Below, piece by piece: positions 38,910-48,862 of a stretch of DNA of 64,000 nucleotides. Below the pieces are notes generated by a model that made no database searches, had not been told where the DNA came from, and saw only the letters and a list, made by a program, of their open reading frames with translations. The stretch comes from Candidatus Kerfeldbacteria bacterium. GTDB taxonomy: Bacteria > Patescibacteriota > Patescibacteriia > UBA9570 > XYC2-FULL-38-9. Location: the NCBI GenBank assembly GCA_016182555.1, contig JACPGJ010000004.1, positions 14,751 to 78,750 of the forward strand, in the 5' to 3' direction. Numbering within the stretch: position 1 is the first letter of the stretch; every line of letters starts with the position of its first letter. A program made the position numbers and the translations under genes.

Positions 38910-39944
38910 TTATGACCGTAAACGTTTAGCCAGTACGTACAGCCTATACCAGAAACGAGAAAAAGGAAATTCAAAGGTGCCAGGGTAATCCACGCTTGTT
39001 CCACAGAAACCGATTTTGAAATCTGTCACTGTTGCCAAGCGATGCGTGCTATCACCTTCTGGACCGATGCCATAAAAATCGTACCATCGAAAACCAGCTA
39101 CCTTTGCACGACGAATGGTCTCCCATTGCAAGCCATACGCGGCTTTTAAATTTGTTTTGTGACGCGTGGACCCGGCATGCAGATAGGTCACGGTGTCTCC
39201 ATAGCGAACCATCATATTCATAATCAATAAATCTCCTTCATGCCAGGCTTGTCCAAATTCGATCATTCCCTGTGAAACGAGTGCTTCACAAATGGCGATG
39301 TAGTGCTCTTTCGGATGCTGACGAATACCGTGCCGGGCGCTTGTTTCACCAAGCAGTTGCCAAAACTGCTCAACGAGTGGCGCGATCTCCGCGGAATTTT
39401 TTGGCGCATGAAAACGCATCTCGACGCCTTTCTTTACGGCGAGGCGAACATTGTACCGCGTGCGCATTTTCATCGCCGCCAACAATTCTTCTTCTGTATG
39501 TGTGAGATCTAAAAGATGAGTGCGTGACGGTTCCACATCTGAAACTCGGTGACAACGCTGTGAAAAATTCGTAGCAGAAAACGGTGCATCTGCTGCGGGT
39601 TCAAAGCGCCAAAATACCACGCGTTCATTTCGAATAATATCTTGCACAACAGCACTCGTACTCAGCGCAGTATATACTTCACCTGAATCCACGCCAGGCG
39701 CACAAATTGGACCACGTGGAGAAAACAAAAACGCTCTTCCATAAGGCAACGGCAACAACACACATAACGCGGCGCCCACTGCTACACTTGCTTCATTCTG
39801 CACCAAGAAACGATACACTTGTCGCCCTTCTTTCTCATACATTTCTCCCCACTGCCAGGATTGTAAAAACGAAATATGTTCACCCGATTGGTGAAGTAAA
39901 AAATCTTCCCATTTTTCTTTATTCTGACACTGAACGATTTGCAT
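38910..39944 (-). CDS. FemAB/FemX-family peptidoglycan cross-bridge aminoacyl-tRNA transferase
   Basis: FLQSWQWG, PRGP, RYNVRLAVKKGV, YGLQW, YDFYGI, FKIGF. Confidence 0.9.
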   Translation of the reverse strand: MQIVQCQNKEKWEDFLLHQSGEHISFLQSWQWGEMYEKEGRQVYRFLVQNEASVAVGAALCVLLPLPYGRAFLFSPRGPICAPGVDSGEVYTALSTSAVVQDIIRNERVVFWRFEPAADAPFSATNFSQRCHRVSDVEPSRTHLLDLTHTEEELLAAMKMRTRYNVRLAVKKGVEMRFHAPKNSAEIAPLVEQFWQLLGETSARHGIRQHPKEHYIAICEALVSQGMIEFGQAWHEGDLLIMNMMVRYGDTVTYLHAGSTRHKTNLKAAYGLQWETIRRAKVAGFRWYDFYGIGPEGDSTHRLATVTDFKIGFCGTSVDYPGTFEFPFSRFWYRLYVLAKRLRS

Positions 39945-39954
39945 AATATGCTAC

Positions 39955-40032
39955 GGCCGGTAGCGGCAATTCCGGAGAGAGCACGTATTTGCGAAGCAAA
40001 ACGAAGCTCTCGAGGAATTGGCGCGAGAGGCC
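39955..40032. repeat. Long imperfect palindrome (REP/MITE-like hairpin) capped by GCGAAGC
   Basis: GGCC/GGCC, CAATTCC/GGAATTG, GAGAGC/GCTCTC, TTTGC-GAA-GCAAA nested pairings. Confidence 0.6.
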
Positions 40033-40042
40033 AAAAAACGGA

Positions 40043-40630
40043 TTAGGTTGCATGAAATGTACGTAACGCTTGGCGAACCTGTTCTTCCACCGGCAATGTC
40101 GAGTCAATACCCTGTAATGCGGCCACGGCTTCAGACTGACTATACCCAAGTGCGAGTAACGCATCAATGGCATTCACTGTTGCACGTTCTGTACCCGCCA
40201 CCGAGGCGACACCGTCACTCGCCGCACCAGAAAACGCGACCTGTTCTTTTAAATCCAAAATCATTCGCTGTGCCGTCTTCTTCCCAATCCCGGAAATGCT
40301 CGTCAAAAATGTGGTATCACTATGAATAATAGCCCGCTTCACTTCGTCTGCTGAAAATTGCGACAAGACGGCTAACGCAATTTTTGGCCCCACGCCAGAA
40401 ACACTAATCAACTGCTCAAAAAACTGGCGGTCTTCTGCCACAGTAAATCCATACAAATCCAACGCGTCTTCACGAATATGTTGATACGTATATAATTCAA
40501 CCGCTGCACCAACAATTAACGATTCAGCAACACGCGAAGGAACACGAACACCATACCCAATACCCGCAACGAGCACAATCAGCTCATCTATATCCTTGGA
40601 ATGAAGCGTTCCAGTAATAAATCGAATCAT
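40043..40630 (-). CDS. ruvA: Holliday junction branch migration protein RuvA
   Basis: GIGYGV, IREDALDLYGF, VSGVGPK, ISGIGKKTAQR, ALLALGY. Confidence 0.96.
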   Translation of the reverse strand: MIRFITGTLHSKDIDELIVLVAGIGYGVRVPSRVAESLIVGAAVELYTYQHIREDALDLYGFTVAEDRQFFEQLISVSGVGPKIALAVLSQFSADEVKRAIIHSDTTFLTSISGIGKKTAQRMILDLKEQVAFSGAASDGVASVAGTERATVNAIDALLALGYSQSEAVAALQGIDSTLPVEEQVRQALRTFHAT

Positions 40631-42105
40631 AGGGTTGTCATGGTTGGCGTCGCTGGTTTTGGAGTGCCATTCTTTTTTGCTGCGACTTTTTTGATAGAAC
40701 GCTTTGTGGGGTCAATCAAGAAACGAGTTAAATTCCTATTGCCAATGAGCAAAGGGTATTCTAACCGTGATCGATCGAAGACATTCGGTTCAATACTCAT
40801 TTTATGCCCCGCTAGGAAAATAGACAATGGAATATGAAAACGAATCGAGGCACCATGAGAAGAGTGCACTTTCGATATGCGGGCAATTTGTGGGTGGGCT
40901 TTGGGCAAACGTTGTTGCAAATCTTCTAATAACCGCTTGGCCTCTTCTTCACTTAATTCTTCCGGAATATGTTCTGCCGCGAATGCATCAATCGCGTCTC
41001 CGAAACCGAGTTCGCGAGCGAGCGCCATATCAATCGAACTATCGTCAGCTCCGGTATCAATTTTTGCTTTCACCTGTTTTTGCTTGTCTTCCACACCATA
41101 AACGGTCACCGACTCTACCAATCCCACCACCTGCCGACCCGTCACGCTTGTCACTTCAGCTTGAAAATGACCACCGAATAAATCTTTCGCAATTGTAATC
41201 CCATGTTCTGGGCTTTCAACACGCAATCCTTTAATACGATCCAAACGCTCACGCAAAGGAATCATGTTCGCCACTTGAATACCTAAACCTGGCCGCGCAT
41301 TTAATTCCAATACTACTGGCCCTTTTTTCTTATCGATCGAAATGTCCACCCGCGTGTACTTCAACTTTACCGATTGCGATGCGAGCACCGCTGTTTTCAA
41401 AATTTCTTCCCAATACGGAATACGCATACCGCGCAACAGTACATCATTATCTGGGTGACGTTCAATTTCTCTCTCTCCCCACCACGCCTTCATCACAACA
41501 TGTGTTGTTAAGCCGGTCGAGATATCAATACCGATTGCTAAGCCGCCTTGCATCAAATTTGCTTTTCCACCTGATTTTTTCGTGGGCACGCGAATAAAGG
41601 CCATCACCGGTACCAAATTATAGACAACCACACCAATATCTGGAATGCCGTATTCACCAAAACGTTTGAACAAGGGGTCAATGGATAAGCGTGATTCCAA
41701 AAAAGCAATATCGGGAGTGTTCAATAATGAATAATCACCGTCTAAAATGTCCGCTACATGCACCACAAAATCTTCTACCGTCAATTGCCGTTTATTGGTC
41801 GTTAGCCAATTTCCATTTTTCAATCGGTTGTAGACCACCACAATTCCTTCACCACCTAACCCACGGTTGGGTTTAATCACAAAACTGGAAGGTAGTGATT
41901 CCCAATCAAATTCACGCAATTCATGACGATTCCGAATGACGGCAATTAAATCAGCGGTAGGAATGCCGATGTTTTTCATACACGCTTTCGTCGCTAATTT
42001 ATCATCAGCGCGTTTGCGGGCAGATGGTTTATTCTCGCGCAGGTATATACTGCTGCGCGCATTGATACCAAGGACCGCTTTATGATTTTTCCACATGGCG
42101 CGCAT
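40627..42105 (-). CDS. Sugar-transfer-associated / alpha-L-glutamate ligase-like ATP-grasp fused to a RimK-associated retropepsin-like aspartic peptidase
   Basis: LGINAR, DDKL, IKPNRGLGGEGI, ANLMQGG, LELNARPGLGIQVAN; C-terminal AKIDTGADDSSI and YPLLIG. Confidence 0.85.
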   Translation of the reverse strand: MRAMWKNHKAVLGINARSSIYLRENKPSARKRADDKLATKACMKNIGIPTADLIAVIRNRHELREFDWESLPSSFVIKPNRGLGGEGIVVVYNRLKNGNWLTTNKRQLTVEDFVVHVADILDGDYSLLNTPDIAFLESRLSIDPLFKRFGEYGIPDIGVVVYNLVPVMAFIRVPTKKSGGKANLMQGGLAIGIDISTGLTTHVVMKAWWGEREIERHPDNDVLLRGMRIPYWEEILKTAVLASQSVKLKYTRVDISIDKKKGPVVLELNARPGLGIQVANMIPLRERLDRIKGLRVESPEHGITIAKDLFGGHFQAEVTSVTGRQVVGLVESVTVYGVEDKQKQVKAKIDTGADDSSIDMALARELGFGDAIDAFAAEHIPEELSEEEAKRLLEDLQQRLPKAHPQIARISKVHSSHGASIRFHIPLSIFLAGHKMSIEPNVFDRSRLEYPLLIGNRNLTRFLIDPTKRSIKKVAAKKNGTPKPATPTMTTL

Positions 42106-43678
42106 GTTTAAAAACGTTTCTAAAACGAATATATTCGACCAACCGCAAACCAGAAAATTTTCCGATAATGTAATTGAAGATCAACGTTAACAAAATGAGT
42201 TCCGGATAGGCAAGCAGCAAGGATTTAAATAATGTCCAATCTCCAATGAAATAACCCAACAACGATAACACCACTGTTTCAATCATCAGCTTGATCGCCG
42301 CTTTGTAGCCTTGTTCAATTTGCACCGAAACGAAATGTTCGGTCAGGACGGTCATAATGAGAATCGGGAAAATAGATATCGCGATGAAACCGGTTTTATG
42401 GAAATAGGCACCAACAAAAAAGAGCGCGAAAATAGCGAGGGCAATAATCGAGAGCACAATCGCCATACGTGGTAAATACAGCAAGCGAAATTTGCGTGCG
42501 AAAATACGCGATAATGTTCCCACCGCGACAACCACAAAAAATACGGTCAAGCCATATTTCAAACCAGTGGACAAAAATGACAATGCAATAACCGTTGGCG
42601 CAAAAATACCGAATGCTTTAATCCCGACTAGCTGGCGTGCGGTCGCAATAATCGTCGCCATCACCGGCAACATGAGAATCAAGAAGAGTGAGTTGATTGG
42701 CACACCGCGGTGGATCATAAAATTCATCGCGTAGGACATGAAATTCAGTGGAGTGAGGCGATCAAATCCACGAGCCGTATACGCACTAATAATTTGGTAC
42801 TCCGCCCGGACCTGCGATAATCGATCTTCCAACCGGCTCGATGTGCCCGCAGCGACCACGTCATCTAAAATATCGTTCGTCGACACCACAATAAATTTCG
42901 GTTGGACCACTTGAAATGCGCGCTGGGCACTTTTGATACTCGACACACGCGGTTGATTATTCACCGCCACAATCGCTTTGGAATCAAAATCGAAACGGTC
43001 AACAGCGGTGTTGCTCAGCGTAGAAATTTGCGATAAGGCGATAAGAGAGTTCAACCCAACATCACCAGAGGTCCAGGTGATAATAATATCTGATGCAATA
43101 AGATCTTCTTCACTTTTCAATAATTGCTGGGCAATATTTTGGACCGTCAAATATTCTTGATCTACGCCAGAATCACGAATGGGAATGACCAATGTTCCGC
43201 GGGTGAGTCCATAATCTTGTAACCGCTGAATCTCTTTTTCTGGCACACTCTGGTCAGAAATCAAAATCACTAGGTGTTCTTGAACAGACACGGTAATACT
43301 ATCTTCACTCGTCTGCGCATCTGCGCCTTCTCCAGTGGTCACCTGCAGTACCACTTTATACGTACCCGCTGATTTATACGCATGGGTTGCATCAATGCCT
43401 TTTGCGCTGGTGTTATCTCCAAAATCCCAGTGATAAAACAATGCGGCTCCTTCTGGCCCCGTCGATGCCGATGCATCAAACAACACCGTGCGACCAATGG
43501 CCACATTTCGATCTTTTCCCGCTTTTGCTTTCAGCAGCGTTTCCTCCACAATGACTTCTGGTATTGACTCTGAAGGGGGCGTTATTTCTTCACCAGTTTG
43601 CTGGTCTGTCGGCGTTGCTGATTCCTGAGCATGAACGTTTACTGGAATGAAGAGAAAGAACAAGGTGAATATGCTCAA
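42080..43678 (-). CDS. PKD-domain membrane protein with 7TM (inactive-transglutaminase-associated / CapC-like) domain; start uncertain (TTG 43678, ORF extends to 43780)
   Basis: FDASAS...WDFGD...HAY...GTY PKD; RQLVGIKAFGIFAP, FPILIMT...E, GLRLVEYIRF. Confidence 0.8.
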   Translation of the reverse strand: MSIFTLFFLFIPVNVHAQESATPTDQQTGEEITPPSESIPEVIVEETLLKAKAGKDRNVAIGRTVLFDASASTGPEGAALFYHWDFGDNTSAKGIDATHAYKSAGTYKVVLQVTTGEGADAQTSEDSITVSVQEHLVILISDQSVPEKEIQRLQDYGLTRGTLVIPIRDSGVDQEYLTVQNIAQQLLKSEEDLIASDIIITWTSGDVGLNSLIALSQISTLSNTAVDRFDFDSKAIVAVNNQPRVSSIKSAQRAFQVVQPKFIVVSTNDILDDVVAAGTSSRLEDRLSQVRAEYQIISAYTARGFDRLTPLNFMSYAMNFMIHRGVPINSLFLILMLPVMATIIATARQLVGIKAFGIFAPTVIALSFLSTGLKYGLTVFFVVVAVGTLSRIFARKFRLLYLPRMAIVLSIIALAIFALFFVGAYFHKTGFIAISIFPILIMTVLTEHFVSVQIEQGYKAAIKLMIETVVLSLLGYFIGDWTLFKSLLLAYPELILLTLIFNYIIGKFSGLRLVEYIRFRNVFKHARHVEKS

Positions 43679-43708
43679 GGATAGTATCGCTCGCGAAGCC
43701 CCCGAGAG

Positions 43709-43740
43709 CAAAAAAGCCCGATGCCTATGAGGGCTTTTTG
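43709..43740 (-). terminator. Intrinsic terminator downstream of ruvC
   Basis: AAAAAGCCC-N11-GGGCTTTTT. Confidence 0.55.
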
Positions 43741-43795
43741 CGTATGGGGTAGCGAGCACGCAGTTTCTATACATAATCATAGTGAATAATTGATT

Positions 43796-44278
43796 TTATT
43801 TTTTCATGTGATATCGCGCTGCGGCCGTGAGAGCAATGGCAATGGCATCAGCAGCGTCGTCTGGTTGTGGCGGCGCAGTTAACTGAAACCGCAATTGAAT
43901 CATCCGTTGTACCGCTTTTTTGTCCGCATGACCAGATCCAACAATGGCCGATTTCACTTCCACGGGTTTCACTTCCTCTATTGTGCAGCCAGATTGCTGC
44001 AATGTAAAGAGAATCACCCCGCGCGCCTGGCCAACGACGAACGCTGTTTTCGCATTCTTCGCAAAAAATAACTCTTCTACCCCCACACACACAATGTCTT
44101 GATGCCGCGAAAGTAACTCGCTTAAATCTGTATGCAACATCTCCAAACGTTCCGGCAACGTGAGTGTCCGTGGTGTGCGCAACACGCCATATTCGAGTAA
44201 ACGATGATGCGCTCGGTCAATATCAACGATGCCAAAGCCTGTAATTTCTATTCCCGGGTCTATACCCAAAAATTTCAT
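43796..44278 (-). CDS. ruvC: Holliday junction resolvase RuvC
   Basis: LGIDPG, VEELFF...N, QARG, DDAADA. Confidence 0.96.
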   Translation of the reverse strand: MKFLGIDPGIEITGFGIVDIDRAHHRLLEYGVLRTPRTLTLPERLEMLHTDLSELLSRHQDIVCVGVEELFFAKNAKTAFVVGQARGVILFTLQQSGCTIEEVKPVEVKSAIVGSGHADKKAVQRMIQLRFQLTAPPQPDDAADAIAIALTAAARYHMKK

Positions 44279-44283
44279 AGTGT

Positions 44284-45009
44284 TTACAATTGCGCGTTGG
44301 AGTACACATTCATCACATCCTCATTCTCCTCAATTGCTTCAATCAATTGCGCTACTTTTTCTTTCTGGCTTGAGTCTGGTTCAATCATATTCTGTGTGAT
44401 CCACTCCACTTCGCTTGAAGCAAGCGTGCACCCATGTTGCTCCAGTGCCGTTTTTACCTCCACTAATTTTTCACGCGCCGTAAAAATAGTACACCCCTCT
44501 TCTTCAATCTGAATATCATCTGCACCTGCATCAATTGCTACCAATGCAATCGCTTCAGTATCTTGCGCTTGACCTTCTGGCTTGGCAATACGAATGACTC
44601 CTTTTTGCTCGAACATGTAGAGCACGCTGCCACTGTTTCCCAGTGAACCACCAAACTTCGTGAGTAACGCGCGAAGATCAGATACCGTCCGGTTGGTATT
44701 ATCTGTCACACAATCGATAATCAACGCCACGCCTGCCGAACCATAGGCTTCGTAGCGCACTTCTTCATATGTCACACCCGGCAATTCGCCCGCTCCTTTC
44801 AGAATCGCTTTTTCAACATTCTCTTTCGGCATATTCGCTGCTTTTGCCGCATCTATCGCCGTGCGGAGTGCAGGGTTCATATCGGGGTCTTTTCCGTTTT
44901 TTGCCGCAAGCGCAATATTTTTCACCAAACGCGTAAAAATCGCGCCTTTTTTCGCGTCAGTGACTGCTTTTTTTCTTTTAATCGTTGCCCATTTGGAATG
45001 TCCAGACAT
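44284..45009 (-). CDS. yebC: YebC/PmpR family protein
   Basis: MSGHSKWATIKRKK, YEAYG, TDNTNRT. Confidence 0.96.
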   Translation of the reverse strand: MSGHSKWATIKRKKAVTDAKKGAIFTRLVKNIALAAKNGKDPDMNPALRTAIDAAKAANMPKENVEKAILKGAGELPGVTYEEVRYEAYGSAGVALIIDCVTDNTNRTVSDLRALLTKFGGSLGNSGSVLYMFEQKGVIRIAKPEGQAQDTEAIALVAIDAGADDIQIEEEGCTIFTAREKLVEVKTALEQHGCTLASSEVEWITQNMIEPDSSQKEKVAQLIEAIEENEDVMNVYSNAQL

Positions 45010-45092
45010 AAAATAGTATTGTGTTATGCGTATACATACTATACACTTATTCGAAACCAATCAAGCGGCATCGCATGAGTACAAATTTCTGC

Positions 45093-45195
45093 TTGACGCT
45101 GTCATAACACCATGATAGTTTCAACGCAGTGTTCCCGGAAATGGAGGAAAAAGAGCGGGAACTGCTCCCGCTACACCCATGCTGAGTAGCGGGAG
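45093..45195 (+). promoter_or_regulatory. Promoter (TTGACG-17-TAGTTT, extended -10) followed by a two-hairpin structured 5' leader
   Basis: GTTCCCG/CGGGAAC and CTCCCGCTAC/GTAGCGGGAG stems. Confidence 0.5.
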
Positions 45196-45207
45196 ATTTC
45201 ATATTAT

Positions 45208-46884
45208 ATGCCAGAGCACCCATTCAACACACTCAAACACTATTGGCGTCAATATCCGTTACTTGGAACCGCGACCGTATGCTGTTTGTCCGCACTTGCT
45301 TATGCATGGTGGATTGCCGCACCCACCTTTACGGATCCCGATTCGTTCTACCATATACAGATGACACAGCTCATCATGAAGCATCACCGTGCGGTTACCA
45401 ATTTTGTTTGGCTTCCGTATACCACCCTCGCCCATTCTTACGTTGACCATCATTTTCTCTACCACATTTTTCTCATTCCCTTTTTTCTCGTATTCAATGC
45501 CGTGCTCGGCATGAAAATCGCCACCGTGGTGCTTGCCGCGTCTACCAGCGTGTTATTTTACCTTGTTCTGCGTTCACTCAATGTTCGCTACAGCTTCCTA
45601 TTCACCTTATTGTTAATCACCACAGAAGGATTTTCCTTTCGCATAGGCCTCTCCAAAGCGCCCAGTTTCAGTTTTCTGTTTATGATGGCGGGCGCATACG
45701 CCATTATTCACTACAAACCAAAACTCATCGCGATTCTTTCTTTCTTTTTTGTGTGGTCATACGGCGGTTTTTTACTCATGCTCATTTTAACCGGCGTTCA
45801 TGCAAGCGTTGGTTTCTTACGTGCGTATCTTCGTGGAGTACCACTCACGCGACAGGAAAAAAAAGAACGCCTAGTCATGGTTACCGGAGCATTCTCGGGC
45901 ACGCTCATGGGTCTGCTGATTCACCCCTCATTTCCGCAACACCTGCGCTTTTATTGGGAACAAATTATTCAAATTGGTTTAGTCAATTACCGGGGTGTAA
46001 TTGGTGTTGGCGGTGAATGGTATCCCGCGAATGTTCCCAATCTCATTGGCGAACACACCATCTTTTTTTTAGTGCTCATTATCAGTATGATCGCTTTTGG
46101 TTTCACCGCCGGAAAACAACGCGCCTATAGCTGGACCATCGGTGGCATGTTTTTTTTCTTCTTCGTGTTCACGCTCAAATCTCAACGCTATATTGAATAT
46201 GCCATGCCCTGGGGCTATCTCTTCTCTGCGTGTGCCTTACAAGAAAGTGGCTGGCTGAACCATGTACACCACGTTGTGCAACGAGCGCTCTATCGTTCCA
46301 CCGCTCATGTGTTCACGCTCAGCGCCGCGCTACTCCTTATTGCGTATGGGTTGTTTATTATTCCTGGCATGATGATTGATACCAGCCTGAACCTTGAGCA
46401 CGACCTCCACCGTGGCAGATCGGTTGATGAATTTGCGGCAGTAGGAAAATGGCTCCGCGACCACAGCACCACCGGTGACATTGTTTTTCACAGCGATTGG
46501 GATGAATTTCCAGCGTTATTTTACCAAGTACCAAAAGACCGGTTTATTGCCGGCCTAGATCCCACATTTTTTTACCGAGAGCACCCAGCAGATAACGACC
46601 TCTATTGGGAATGGGTGAATATCACCACCGGAAAACAAAGCGACCAGCTTCTAGAAACGCTGCAACAACATTTTCATGCGCGCTTTGTCTTCATCGCCGA
46701 CGGACACAACAGTATGCGTGCTAACTTCATTCGTGATGGTCGTTTCCGAAAAGTGTATGAAGATGATGAAGCGACTATTTTCCGGGTTCCGCGCCGTGCA
46801 CAAGACGTGGAGCAGAGCCAAACGGCCGATGATACACCAATAACTCCGGTGTCGCCTGTTCCAGAATCAAATCCTGCGCTGTAA
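45208..46884 (+). CDS. Polytopic membrane protein, GT-C glycosyltransferase-like
   Basis: DPDSFYH loop after TM1, many TM helices, GGEW, C-terminal SDWDEF...DPTF. Confidence 0.6.
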   Translation: MPEHPFNTLKHYWRQYPLLGTATVCCLSALAYAWWIAAPTFTDPDSFYHIQMTQLIMKHHRAVTNFVWLPYTTLAHSYVDHHFLYHIFLIPFFLVFNAVLGMKIATVVLAASTSVLFYLVLRSLNVRYSFLFTLLLITTEGFSFRIGLSKAPSFSFLFMMAGAYAIIHYKPKLIAILSFFFVWSYGGFLLMLILTGVHASVGFLRAYLRGVPLTRQEKKERLVMVTGAFSGTLMGLLIHPSFPQHLRFYWEQIIQIGLVNYRGVIGVGGEWYPANVPNLIGEHTIFFLVLIISMIAFGFTAGKQRAYSWTIGGMFFFFFVFTLKSQRYIEYAMPWGYLFSACALQESGWLNHVHHVVQRALYRSTAHVFTLSAALLLIAYGLFIIPGMMIDTSLNLEHDLHRGRSVDEFAAVGKWLRDHSTTGDIVFHSDWDEFPALFYQVPKDRFIAGLDPTFFYREHPADNDLYWEWVNITTGKQSDQLLETLQQHFHARFVFIADGHNSMRANFIRDGRFRKVYEDDEATIFRVPRRAQDVEQSQTADDTPITPVSPVPESNPAL

Positions 46885-48295
46885 TCAATTGCGCTAATCG
46901 TTGTTGTGCGCCAGGGAAACGCGATAACTCTTGCTGATCAACAACCAACCAATCGATATATGCTGGAGGAATGTAGGGTTCATTCGAATAATGTTGAGTG
47001 CCGTGCAATAAGTGTATTGTTGGATATATCCGCTCTCTGTTCGATAGTTGAGGATACAGCACCGGAGAAACCATCACCGCATCATCTGGAGCAATGTCTT
47101 GAAGCACACTCACCATCGTTGCTCGGTCTCGATCGTGACGATGCATGAATAATACGCCGAAGCGATACCATGGGCCGAAAAGAGTTACCTGCACCAGAAT
47201 AATTGCTAGGAGACCCATACGGCACATCGAATATAGGTAAATGTAGTCTGCTTTCGTGTCCAACCAAGTGAATAGTTTCGTCACACCGTAGAGTGAAGCA
47301 ATCATCAGCCACGGAAAAATAATCGCGGAATAATGCGCATGAAAAAATGCATCAAATAACGATCGATCGATCAACAAATATTCTACAGCTGGCCCAGCCA
47401 ATGGCAAAAGATAACGCGGACGAAGCAATGGTAAAAAGGCACATGAGGAAAAAAGCAATACAAGAACAAGGACATGATCTTCGCCAAATGCCCCATGAAG
47501 TGTTTGGATTGGATGAGAGAACATAAATCGACCATATTCCCAAGGTCCATTCCCCATCCAAGAATAAAATGCACCAAATTTTAGGGCCTGTTTTGGAGCA
47601 AGAGCTGCACCGAAACGTGCCATGATAATGAACCACAGCACACTCACCGCCATGATACCAAAACCGATCCAACGCCATCGCTTGTTGTTTTGCATACCCT
47701 GACCAAATACCAATAACAGCAATCCCACACCAGATGTCATGACTGCCACATCATCACGCACCAACAACAATAGAATAAATATCACTATGGTACGAAGACG
47801 CTGGCCGCTTATCATACACAACCACCACCACAACGTAAGCGGCAACACAAAAGAGAGCGCATGAAATTCAAATAACACTACCGCATGAGTCAACGGATGC
47901 AAAAGATATACCACCACACTGACAAGCGCCAACCGATCACGCCCACGCACAGACAAACCTTGGGCAATTTGCCGCGCCAAGAGATAGGTGGGAATAGCGC
48001 CGGTCGCGATAACCGCGGTTTGCAATACCAACAACGTCATCGGGTGTTGCACCAACGCATACACCGGGAGTAATAACAGCACGCCCCATTCACGATGATC
48101 AACCAGATATGAATACGGATTAAAAGAATATTGAAACCACCGCCCATGCACGCTATTCCAAAATACTTGATTATAAATGCCTAAATCATATTGGTTGTAA
48201 AAAAAGAAATGATACTGAAACCAGCAAGCTACTATAGAAAAAACAAAAAAAACTATTACCAGCCTCCATACACGTTTTGGAACATTCAACAACAT
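46775..48295 (-). CDS. DUF2079 family GT-C-like membrane protein
   Basis: YDLGIYNQ, DH, LLVLQT, FEFH, RDD, HYSA. Confidence 0.75.
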   Translation of the reverse strand: MLLNVPKRVWRLVIVFFVFSIVACWFQYHFFFYNQYDLGIYNQVFWNSVHGRWFQYSFNPYSYLVDHREWGVLLLLPVYALVQHPMTLLVLQTAVIATGAIPTYLLARQIAQGLSVRGRDRLALVSVVVYLLHPLTHAVVLFEFHALSFVLPLTLWWWLCMISGQRLRTIVIFILLLLVRDDVAVMTSGVGLLLLVFGQGMQNNKRWRWIGFGIMAVSVLWFIIMARFGAALAPKQALKFGAFYSWMGNGPWEYGRFMFSHPIQTLHGAFGEDHVLVLVLLFSSCAFLPLLRPRYLLPLAGPAVEYLLIDRSLFDAFFHAHYSAIIFPWLMIASLYGVTKLFTWLDTKADYIYLYSMCRMGLLAIILVQVTLFGPWYRFGVLFMHRHDRDRATMVSVLQDIAPDDAVMVSPVLYPQLSNRERIYPTIHLLHGTQHYSNEPYIPPAYIDWLVVDQQELSRFPGAQQRLAQLITAQDLILEQATPELLVYHRPFGSAPRLVHGAEPGK

Positions 48296-48325
48296 ATTCT
48301 TCTAGTATAAAGAAAATACACAGAA

Positions 48326-48364
48326 ATAAAAAACCCGCTTCTTAAGAAACCGCGGGTTTTTTAT
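48326..48364. terminator. Bidirectional intrinsic terminator after the pilin gene
   Basis: ATAAAAAACCCGC...GCGGGTTTTTTAT. Confidence 0.75.
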
Positions 48365-48378
48365 ATTGCTGTTGTGTA

Positions 48379-48780
48379 CTAGACAAAATAGACCATACCT
48401 TGAATATTAGCGTTGGTAGACTCAGCCAACTTACCAATAACGTATGTTGCGAGCGCCCAAGAGATCATCACGAATGCCAAACCGATAACAGCGGCAACCA
48501 ATAATTTCTTGGCTTTATCTACTTTACCAGGGTCTCCTGCTGCAGTCATCCATTTGAAACCACCAATAATAATGATGATGACGGCGACCAGCGCGAGTAA
48601 CGAAAGTGCGAGATTTACGATATCAGTCACAATATTCACTGGGTCATTTGTCCCAAGATTATCAGAGATTTCATCATAACCATCACCGCTCGTCGTAATC
48701 TGAGCGAATGCTGTTGTTGCTGTTGCCACCCATCCTAATGTGATAGCGGCACCAGAAGCGAATTTTTTTGAAATTTTCAT
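48379..48780 (-). CDS. VirB2/TrbC-type CPR pilin 1 (probable major pilin)
   Basis: Signal peptide, IIGGFKWMTAAGDPGKVDKAKK...VIG; strong SD GAAAGGAGGTGA. Confidence 0.85.
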   Translation of the reverse strand: MKISKKFASGAAITLGWVATATTAFAQITTSGDGYDEISDNLGTNDPVNIVTDIVNLALSLLALVAVIIIIIGGFKWMTAAGDPGKVDKAKKLLVAAVIGLAFVMISWALATYVIGKLAESTNANIQGMVYFV

Positions 48781-48862
48781 TGTTTCACCTCCTTTCTGAA
48801 AGTTAATGAATAAAAACAGAGGTTTCTGTATTCCTGTATTGTGACAGATCATGAAATAACGG

